Below, one piece after another: positions 57,501 through 64,000 of a stretch of 64,000 nucleotides of DNA. A program made the translations under genes and the position numbers. The notes beneath the pieces are model-generated. The model saw only the letters and a list, made by a program, of their open reading frames with translations, was not told the DNA's origin and ran no database searches. Each line of letters begins with the position of its first letter. Within the stretch, counting starts at the first letter, position 1. This stretch comes from Chrysomallon squamiferum (lineage: Eukaryota > Animalia > Mollusca), in the NCBI GenBank assembly GCA_012295275.1, contig CM022672.1, positions 20,770,001 through 20,834,000 of the forward strand, in the 5' to 3' direction.

Positions 57501-59547
57501 TAAATACAGATGAATCTTATATCTTTCTTTAATTAAAGTTTTCAACTGACAGTAGACACCACTGCCTTTACGTACCAATATACTGATAATGAGCATATAA
57601 ACAGTAATGTGCATGTCACAGCTGTTAGATAAATGTAATTATATGGTACAATGAACAGAAATCAGAGATGTCAAATTACAATATATAAAACATTTACGTT
57701 TTTCACAACTCCACTCTTCATAAACAAAGTGACTGCCAAAGGGGAGATAATAATGTCCAACATCAGTACGCCTGTACTTGGAAAGATGGCAGACCTGACT
57801 CTCAGAACTGAAATCAATGGACCGACAAAGAAAATGTGTTTCCTGCAGGCAGAGTTTGCGACAATCTTCAGACTGGTTGACGTTTGTCACTGACTTGTGA
57901 TTGTGGAAAGCTATGGCACTGAGTTCTGATTTCCACATAACAGCTGAATTTAGACACGGACCTGCAGCAAAAATATCTTTACTGACATTTTACCTTCTGA
58001 TTAAACATTGAAAACTGTGTACATCACTGCATAACACAGGATGAAAATGAAAGAAGAAAAAATGGAGTTAACAATAAATTTAGTGATTGTCTATTATACA
58101 CAGTTACAAATACATATATTATCTATTACTCAAAATTACAAATAAATGTATTGTCTTCTGCTCACAGTTACAAATAAACATTCTGTCTGGTACATACAGT
58201 TACAAATAAACTAACTGGTTCTTTGACTCCAGAGCTGTCTATTCTCGGTTGAGTTACAAATTTGAGAAAAGTTATTTGGGTTGATTTCTAGATGAGTCCT
58301 GCATCTTCCTTCAATCACGCATGTTTTGTCCTTTGATAAGAAATAATGTTTTGAATAACTCTACAGTAGTCTTACATCTTTTTTGTTGTAACAAATTTAT
58401 ATATATATATATATATATCGTTTTTTTAAAAATATAAATAAACACCAGAAGAATGTGCTTTTATATATTACAGACATCAGCATGTAAAACATGGATATGT
58501 AGGTCTATGTATCACTGTATCTGTTTGTATAATTGTGTATGTGTGTTATGGGTTATATTAGTATATGTTTATAAGTGTCATTGCAAGTATGTGTATTAGT
58601 ATGTATACTTATGTGTATTAGTGTATATGCATGGGTATTAGATATAAGCATGTGCATTAATATGTATATGGATGTTATTAGTGTACATGGATATGTACAT
58701 GTATTAGTTTGTATATGTAAATGTATTTGTATAGGTATATGTATTTGCATATATATGTGTATATATATATGTGTTTATATATGTGTTTATATACGTGTTT
58801 ATTGGTGTTTATATATGTGTTTATTGGTGTTTATGTATGTGTATATTAGTTTGTATATGTATATGTATGTGTATTAGTATGTATATGTAGTGTATTTGTA
58901 TACAAATGCATATATACACTGACACACACACACACATATATATACACTAATAGACAGATATATATTAATTATTATGTATAAGTGTATTAGTGTACATGTG
59001 CATTAGTATGTATGTACATTAGTATGTATGTGCATGTGCTTTAGTGTGTATATGCATGTGTATTAGTGTGTATATGTATGTGTATTAGTGTGTATATGTG
59101 TCTGTATTAGTGCATATGTATATGTATTAATGTTTATGTGTATGTGTATCATTGTGTATGTGTATTAGTATGTATATGTATCTGATTTAATCTGCTTGTT
59201 GTTTTATGATTAATACAGTATTTTCACAAACACAGAGTTACCTTCTGTGAGCAGTTTCCTTGTTTAGCATCACACGTGTAACACACAGGGTTGTATGCCA
59301 GGAAGATGTGGGCTGCACTGCGAGTGAGAACTCTGTTCTCCACACTGATGATGTAGTTCCCTGTCTTTGGAAGTGAACACTCGATGTGACTGTCACTAAT
59401 AAAAAGAGTAGTGACTGCTTCATGCCACTCACCCTCAGTCTCATAGCCTGATTCACTAACCTGCATTTACAATATATATATATAAACACATTACTTACAC
59501 TGTTACAAAAATTACCTAAATACTTATTTATATAAATATATATTATG

Positions 59548-59583
<36 letters not shown>

Positions 59584-62500
59584 CATACATATACATTTAC
59601 ACACATATACATTATTATTTATCTATACATATATGCACATATATGTTATTATTAAAACATTATTAGAAAAAATAAACATATTATACATTAGTTTATCATG
59701 TCACAAAATTACTTGTCAGGAAAATTCTCATTACTGTTATTTACTCTCTAAATAAATATTTTATTCTATATTACCATATTATGCAATATATAAATGTACA
59801 TACATTGATTTGTCGATAATAGCATCGAAGTTGTCTGCTCTTGACAAAAGTGTGACCATAGACATGGACAGTCTGACAGTTGGATGTGAGTACATTACAG
59901 AGACCTGAGTACGACAGACGTGTCACAGTGGGTGCAAACTTTGAGTTTACTGAGCAGTCGACACCAATGTAAGGTTCAGAACACACACAAACACCTGTCA
60001 CAAAACAAATAACATACTACTTACTACATGACGTACAGTTCAAAACACACAGACACCTGTCACAAAACAAATAACATACTACTTACTACATGACGTACAG
60101 TTCAAAACACACAGACACCTGTCACAAAACAAATAACATACTACTTACTACATGACATACAGTTCAAAACACACAGACACCTGTCACAAAACAAATAACA
60201 TACTACTTACTACATGATGTAGGGTTCAAAACACACAGATACCTGTCACAAAACAAATAACATACTACTTACTGATGTAAAATAATTCGCAGAGAAGAAA
60301 ACAGATACCTGTCAGAAAAACATTTAAACATTTTACTACTGAATGAGAAATGTTACAAAAAGTTAACTGTTTACTGTTAATGCATTTGCCATTGCTGCTG
60401 CATGAGTTAGGACAGATCTGCTGGAGTGCTGCTGTCTTCTCTGCCTGCCATTTGAGGTTGTATGTCAGTTCATGTTTACAGCTTTCCTCCAGAGAGTCCA
60501 CCAGCACACTTGACCATTGGCTATCATTGGTCAGCTAAATAAAACAGAAAATTTCATTTTCTGTAAAAACTATTTTTACAAAGTTTAGTAATAAAATGGT
60601 ATTTTAAAGTAACAATGATGTTCAGTTATATTAATTATAATGAGTTTATAAAAATGCAGAAATATATTTTATGTTTTACAGAAATTTTGTAAATAACACA
60701 TATAAGTAATTGTAAAACAGACAGCTGTTGCTTAGTAAAACATAAAAGCAATTAATTTGGAGAAAACTTAGAACTCTTACACAGTAAAACATCATACTGA
60801 AATATTTTAGACAGAGCACATTAAAAAACATACAAAGATATTTTAGATAAAACACAATTTAAAACAACAGACTAAAATATTTTCAACAAAACACACATTA
60901 AAAACATCATAGTAAGATATTTCAGAAAAAAGACATTAAAACATCACACAAAAAATATTTTAACAAAAGCCCTTACACGTATGTCATTCATACAGTTTGT
61001 TATTTTCTCTTCAGTCAAAACTTGTGTGAATGTTTTACAAATGGTTGACAGTGGTGATTTTTCTAGAACCTGTGTACAGTATGCACGGGAAGAGTTGTCT
61101 GTCCATGGATAGGGGTAGTCTATCTCAGACTGAAAATAATGACACAGAGTTAAAAAATATATTAATTACATTAAAGATTTATACATACTAAACTAAAAAA
61201 ATTATAAAAAAATTTATTTTTTGTTTGAATTAATACAAAATTTGTTTATTAAACTACAAAAATCTTTCCTAATGACCTGGACAAAGAGTAACTGTTTCCT
61301 CACTTCTCAGTAAATATGTGATATATTAGACTATATATGTATATGTAACTGGACTATCAGACACATTAGAATTGTTTTCTAAATAACTTACACTTGGTGC
61401 CTGTGCTGTAGCATTGTAATCAAACTCATCAATTTTGTTCACTGCAGCAACACAGTTCAGTGCATGTTTGGCATTCTTCTTCAGCAGTGATGTGATGTCA
61501 TATTCTACAACACAGATATGTTATTACTCTCCTGTGCTTTCATATATTACAATATAAATGTTTCATTATTATCACATGATGTTATAATCTATAATATATA
61601 TTTTTTACTCTTCTCTGTTTTGATATACAGTGGTACCTCGACTTACGAGTACCCCAACTTATGAGTTTTTCATTTGAGGTGTGAGCCAAAATCCAAGTTA
61701 TGAGTGAGCTTCTGATATGCCACTGCTAGCTGGCACAACAAACAACATAATATCTGACCAGCATCCTGTGTGTCACATTTGCATCACATGGTTACCTCGC
61801 CACGGAAGCATCTCTGTTGTGTTGTGCTCACATTTTTTGCAGTATTTTGACAAATTTCTTTTTTCTGACTGTGGATCATAAGAAAGTGAGTGCAAAGGAC
61901 AGTGCTGAGAAGAAGAAGTGGATGATGTGCTTTGAATTAAAGCTTGAATTCATAGAAATACGAGTGAGGTGTGTAGTCAACTTGCCTTGTCAGGATGAGG
62001 GTAGTATGTCTGTGGTATGTACCATACTGAAGCAGAAGGAGTCGATAAAGGCTGTAACTCCAGCCAAAGGCATTAGAATACTTTATCTGATCTCCAAGAT
62101 AAATACACTTTACAAAACCGATTTATTTCTTTACATTCTCTTTTATTTTGTTTTTATGCAAAATTTGTCATTTATAAATACATTTTTCTTATTTAAAAAC
62201 ACATTACAAAACAAAATGGGGTGGATTTTAGGGGGCTGGGACAGATTAATGTTATTTCAATTAATTTCAGTTGGGAAAATTGATTTGATGTATGAGCAAA
62301 TTGAGATACAAGCTCGGTCACAGAACAAATTAAACTTGTAAGTCAATGTACCACTGTATTACCACAAAAAGTATTACTATCAGGTGATGTCATGCTCTAC
62401 AACATAAAAATATTATATCATAATTATATTATTTATATTACTAAATCTTAGCATAATATTATATATATTATCAAATCTTTATATTATCTGAATCTAAGTA

Positions 62501-63999
62501 TATTGCAATGTTTTAGTGTGTACAGTCTAAGTATATTAATGTTATGTTTTAGTGGGTATAGTCTAAATATGTTAATGTGATGTTTTAGTGTGCAGTCTAT
62601 ATAATTATACTAATGTGACATTTTAGTGTGTGTTATCTATATATATTAATTGGATGTTTTAGACTGTTTAGTCTGATCACTGTAAAATTAATAGAGTAAA
62701 CATGTAAATGTGTAATCAAATGTAAATTCACAACTTATCATCTGTGAAACAGGTTATAACACTAAGTATTTCTTCCACAGTTACTTAAAACAACAAGCTA
62801 TAAACATCTTACTCAAATTAATTATCAGTAAAACAATCTGTATGAAGTAATATGTAAAAATATGTATTGTAATGTGCTCACCATTAATACTGTGCAGATG
62901 TATTGTACTGTTAACACTGTGTACATGTTTACTATTAATACTGAGTAGATGTATGTACTGCAATGTACTCACTGTTAACACTGTAGATGTACTGTGCTCA
63001 CTGTTAACACTGTTTTGATGTGTTGTGCTCACTATTAGCACTGTAGGTGTATTATATAGACTATTAACACTGTGTAGATGTACACACAATTAACACTGCA
63101 TTGATGCACTCACAGTTAACACTGTGTAGATATGCCACTCACCTGTCTGGTATCTGCTGTACAAGTGACAGGTCTGTATTCCCAGTGATGAAGAACACCG
63201 AGGCTGGTCAGACTGACAGGCACAGTCTGTGGTCAGTGGCACTGAGACTGGTGTGCTTTTACCTGGACACTGCCCATTGTAGATGCTGTCCTCTTTGCTC
63301 ACTCTGAAAGTGTGACTAAATTTTCATTTCATGCTACAGTGCTAATAACAAGATAAGAATTGCACATAAAAGTAATTTCAAAAATCTGATAGTAAATGTT
63401 GACTATTTATATATAAAAAATAATAATAATAAAAAAAAATACCTCCATTTTAAACTTGTAGCTTCATCTATCTCATCATTGTCTGCATCTGCATCATAAC
63501 TGCCACACAGTCCTAGAATATTAAAATAATTCCCTGCCTTTAATATATGCTGTGAAGATCTCACTGAAGCAACGTTCAATTTGTTTTCGTATTTCTTAAT
63601 ATAATCTGATGTAACATAAACATAATGGACTGATTTGATGTTCTTTTTAAAATTAAACTTTTCACACTGAGAAGACTTGTAAATACAATTCAGTATGTTC
63701 AGAGTTGTTCATGTTTAATGGCTGCAAAATTTTCGAATACCTTAAGATTAAATATTATTATTATTCTTTTTTTTTTTTATCTACACATTTCTCTGTCATA
63801 TCTTTTAAAAATATTTATTATAATCATGTTTAAAATATTTATTTATTGATTTATTTAACTTCATTAATACAGAAATACATAAGATGTGATTAATACCTTC
63901 TGTGTTGTTGAAATCAAGTGGTGATGGGTAAAACCATAAGTTTATAAAATTCATGAAGCTCTCTCGAACAACAAGGAATGCACCCGTGGGGAAAACCAC
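159..63999 (-). CDS. VWDE: Giant multi-exon VWDE-like (von Willebrand factor D and EGF domain) protein, internal portion; about 118 exons, about 6,800 aa in the window, 8 tandem modules, 5' and 3' ends outside the window
   Basis: Hand-traced GT-AG exons chain with matching phases from 63999 to 159. Recurrent VWD motifs: C-x-S-[VI]-[NG]DPH-x-TFDG, YxNxxEGEF, CNCAVAV-x-xDD, NVW...D...TEGLCG-x-[FY][DN]. EGF motif C-x-NDCSGHG-x-C...C-x-C-xx-G[FWY]-x-GxDCS. No stop codon or signal peptide between modules. The symbol indicates family resemblance only, not orthology. Confidence 0.85.
504..1074. mobile_element. Degenerate non-autonomous Tc1/mariner (pogo/Tigger-like) DNA element in an intron
   Basis: The left end is TA|CAGTCAAAACTGGTC. 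The reverse complement of the right end is CAGTTAAACCTGTCT, an imperfect TIR. Subterminal tgtctataac-like repeats are present. The right TSD is degenerate (CA). Confidence 0.5.
2125..2778. repeat. Intronic minisatellite (about 38-bp unit tgactacttacaatcacacaataatgacttacatacacag) with a 204-bp duplication that includes an exon end and donor
   Basis: Tandem copies are visible. 2539-2574 duplicates exon sequence 2743-2778 together with its GTAAGT donor. Confidence 0.85.
3855..5505 (+). mobile_element. Decayed TIR DNA transposon (probably Tc1/mariner-pogo/Fot1-like) inserted in the largest intron
   Basis: The left end agagaaggagggtgtaagtggtgcc matches the reverse complement of the right end, agagaggagggggtaagttgtgtc. 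An internal broken coding remnant at about 4520-4710 reads DFVVVKVAGKPSSKHCIARVDVVDEDEFEFVFLQ...DIIYKLPKP. The same minisatellite flanks both sides. Family assignment is inference. Confidence 0.6.
5530..6270. repeat. 54-bp minisatellite derived from the exon donor junction at 6253; degenerate copies also at about 3590-3850
   Basis: The unit is gatataaaatatacagtgtgtttacaactgatgttatagtgttatagagaaact. ORF 5970-6323 shows the matching 18-aa periodicity. Confidence 0.88.
10473..11114 (-). CDS. LamG/concanavalin-A-like domain cassette exon (phase 1-1, 642 nt)
   Basis: QYIDW...SCLMDPDQCQFGFTVTFSVKF...YLMTNCGE...GIAVYY...WTV...ISWSVQTGLEMSIDG. This matches the LamG-like pattern seen in invertebrate extracellular proteins. 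Confidence 0.8.
11270..12045. repeat. Two degenerate minisatellites flanking exon 11595-11709
   Basis: tactgacatgtaacaagtg-type repeats at 11270-11594, and a roughly 32-bp agtacagataaagacagtgataacattatttt repeat at 11725-12045. Confidence 0.75.
11595..18659 (-). CDS. Module R7 (LamG + VWDE-like unit), 15 exons, one +1 frameshift at about 17023
   Basis: Exons: 18021-18659 (LamG), 17487-17797, 16913-17297, 16411-16487 (CLSVGDPHFTTFD), 16197-16260, 15695-15901, 15278-15389, 14783-14891, 14217-14386, 13912-14021, 13478-13633, 13046-13229, 12516-12703, 12158-12343, 11595-11709. Confidence 0.87.
18021..18659 (-). CDS. LamG/concanavalin-A-like domain cassette exon (phase 1-1, 639 nt)
   Basis: ALLLDGKHDFVDFG...CLGNLALCKFGLTVSFKLK...YIFSSG...FSWSQQAGLSLYFNG. 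Confidence 0.82.
18921..26924 (-). CDS. Module R6 (LamG + VWDE-like unit), 17 exons, 3054 nt
   Basis: Exons: 26289-26924 (LamG), 25956-26182, 25385-25477, 24963-25186, 24491-24659, 24134-24210 (CSSVNDPHITTFDG), 23977-24040, 23407-23616, 22730-22841, 22459-22567, 22106-22281, 21791-21897, 21171-21326, 20720-20897, 20008-20198, 19134-19343, 18921-19035. Confidence 0.88.
25505..25985. repeat. Degenerate 45-50-bp tandem repeat derived from the donor junction at 25956
   Basis: Copies of (c)ttacattagtttcatactgccagcctgta. The translation repeats the exon end: WQYETDV, QYETNV and WQNETNV versus the true WQYGTN|gtaag. Confidence 0.82.
26289..26924 (-). CDS. LamG/concanavalin-A-like domain cassette exon (phase 1-1, 636 nt)
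   Basis: PDHCSIGFLLKFYIKF...YILTTGGD...GIAVYY...VSWSKTLGLEVDVNG...LVIGG. Confidence 0.8.
27405..34268 (-). CDS. Module R5 (VWDE-like unit, no cassette), 14 exons, one -1 frameshift at about 33503
   Basis: Exons: 34045-34268, 33804-33896, 33129-33532, 32673-32749 (CKSINDPHITTFDG), 32494-32557, 32026-32232, 31614-31725, 31221-31329, 30467-30633, 29694-29965, 29169-29349, 28825-29018, 28218-28421, 27405-27519. Confidence 0.87.
27603..27782. mobile_element. hAT-family MITE (180 bp) with a perfect 8-bp target-site duplication
   Basis: TIRs are CAGTGGTGCCCA and TGGGCACCCCTG. The TSD ATTTATTG occurs at 27595-27602 and 27783-27790. Confidence 0.88.
30070..31000. repeat. Two intronic minisatellites flanking exon 30467-30633
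   Basis: About 38-bp aataaaatatgtctatcatgttttaaat repeats at 30070-30440, and about 31-bp ttaacagtaacatattttagtattaatgt repeats at 30645-31000. Confidence 0.8.
34365..34652. mobile_element. Possible degenerate hAT-like MITE within a (TA)n tract
   Basis: The right end is ...tccagcagccctg (rc CAGGGCTGCTGGA) and the left end is taggctactaga. Both flanks are TA microsatellite. Support is weak. Confidence 0.3.
34745..40375 (-). CDS. Module R4 (VWDE-like unit, no cassette), interrupted by the assembly gap, one -1 frameshift at about 37178
   Basis: Exons: 40149-40375, 39465-39557, 38778-39161, 38535-38611 (CSSVNDPHMKTFDG), 38094-38157, 37673-37885, 37115-37225, 36741-36834, 36076-36242, 35730-35821, an exon starting at 35629 that runs into the gap, 35247-35427 (5' part in the gap), 34745-34859. 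Confidence 0.85.
35428..35627. other. Assembly gap (200 N, placeholder length)
   Basis: A run of exactly 200 N. Both flanks are inside exons, and module R4 lacks exons present in the other modules. Confidence 0.97.
40631..49803 (-). CDS. Module R3 (2x PAN/apple + divergent VWDE-like unit), 17 exons, 2898 nt
   Basis: Exons: 49531-49803 and 49103-49366 (PAN), 48490-48725, 48016-48108, 47418-47813, 46704-46780 (CKSVGSSHITTFDG), 46150-46213, 45007-45216, 44490-44601, 43831-43894, 43510-43676, 42797-42897, 42410-42562, 41987-42158, 41411-41598, 41065-41277, 40631-40745. Confidence 0.87.
42955..43525. repeat. 28-bp minisatellite derived from the donor junction at 43510
   Basis: About 20 copies of the unit gagatgatactgatgttgttgatattaa. 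The junction itself reads gagatgatac|ctaatgttgttgatatg. Confidence 0.88.
45295..45955. repeat. 52-bp intronic minisatellite, about 12 near-identical copies
   Basis: The unit is aatgagtttgttaatgttatcttcttactgataaatagctgatgtgttttac. Confidence 0.92.
46805..47178. repeat. 26-bp intronic minisatellite
   Basis: About 14 copies of the unit cacatcagtgttcatacaaaacactt. Confidence 0.9.
49103..49803 (-). CDS. Two PAN/apple domain cassette exons (49531-49803, 49103-49366; each phase 1-1)
   Basis: C-x3-C-x5/7-C-x-S-x-x-x...C-x-L-S pattern: ECRRLCLQETSFLCRSLEF...CSLS and HCHRACLEKYSSPYICSSVSV...CLLS, each ending YxEWxC. Confidence 0.82.
49815..50255. repeat. About 40-bp AT-rich intronic minisatellite
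   Basis: The unit is catgttaattttaaattaaataagttaactttaaatcaa. Confidence 0.85.
50302..57961 (-). CDS. Module R2 (2x PAN/apple + VWDE-like unit), 17 exons, one -1 frameshift at about 53804
   Basis: Exons: 57698-57961 and 57056-57301 (PAN), 56662-56888, 56214-56306, 55666-56082, 55029-55105 (CMSINDPHMTTFDG), 54511-54574, 54160-54366, 53797-53907, 53399-53531, 53051-53199, 52793-52905, 52267-52425, 51746-51935, 51340-51530, 50673-50888, 50302-50416. Confidence 0.87.
52570..52790. repeat. 27-bp intronic minisatellite abutting the donor at 52793
   Basis: The unit is aagaaagataatgatatggcaatgttt. It produces the MFKKDND pseudo-ORF. Confidence 0.88.
55440..55660. repeat. 24-bp intronic minisatellite abutting the donor at 55666
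   Basis: The unit is ccagtgaaatgagtagtagtaata. Confidence 0.85.
57056..57961 (-). CDS. Two PAN/apple domain cassette exons (57698-57961, 57056-57301; each phase 1-1)
   Basis: DCRKLCLQETHFLCRSIDF...CHLS...YEEWSC and ICQQLCDSDEACTSVKF...CILS...YQKRIC. Confidence 0.82.
58216..63999 (-). CDS. Module R1, C-terminal half (end of VWD, C8-like, EGF, IPT-like, linker), 9 exons; continues beyond the window
   Basis: Exons: 63897-63999 (VVFPTG...FINLWFYPSPLDFNNTEG), 63443-63512 (GLCGSYD), 63143-63303, 61392-61504, 60977-61129, 60375-60534 (CPNSCSSNGKC), 59804-59994, 59242-59460, 58216-58330. Confidence 0.87.
59974..60320. repeat. 62-bp tandem repeat that multiplies the 3' splice site and start of exon 59804-59994
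   Basis: About 5 copies of gttcaaaacacacagacacctgtcacaaaacaaataacatactacttactacatgacgtaca. Confidence 0.92.
61628..62356 (+). mobile_element. Internally deleted Tigger/pogo (Tc1/mariner) DNA transposon
   Basis: TA TSDs at 61626-61627 and 62357-62358. 23-bp TIRs: CAGTGGTACCTCGACTTACGAGT versus rc CAGTGGTACATTGACTTACAAGT. The remnant of the transposase N-terminal HTH (KKVSAKDSAEKKK...ELKLEFIE...TILKQKESIKAVTPAKG) lies in ORF 61817-62341. Confidence 0.88.
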
Positions 64000-64000
64000 C

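Noticed and set aside
7941-57893. Numerous plus-strand ORFs overlapping exons (for example 7941-8258, 10699-11016, 18091-18435, 55751-56086)
   Set aside because: They are antisense shadows of the minus-strand exons, with no coherent protein motifs or splice structure.
159-63999. Tandem array of eight separate VWDE-like genes
   Set aside because: There are no stop codons, start or signal-peptide exons, or intergenic space between modules. Linker exons end in phase-1 GT donors that match the next exon's acceptor. It can only be fully excluded with transcript data.

Overview
AT-rich metazoan genomic DNA, probably from an invertebrate such as a mollusc (inference). Nearly the whole window is the interior of one very large minus-strand spliced gene. 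Its start and stop codons lie outside the window. I traced about 118 GT-AG exons by hand, about 20.5 kb of CDS or about 6,800 aa. They encode eight diverged tandem copies (R1 partial to R8, in transcription order) of a roughly 800-1000 aa VWDE-like module: Ig-like sandwiches, VWD, Cys-rich/C8-like, EGF, IPT-like and a Cys-rich linker. A phase-1 slot between modules holds different cassettes: PAN+PAN before R2 and R3, nothing before R4 and R5, and LamG before R6, R7 and R8. Many introns carry minisatellites that are tandem copies of the adjacent splice junction. The window also has several DNA-transposon remnants, four single-base frameshifts (probably consensus errors) and a 200-N gap that hides exons of R4. 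Domain names come from motif recognition, not HMM searches.
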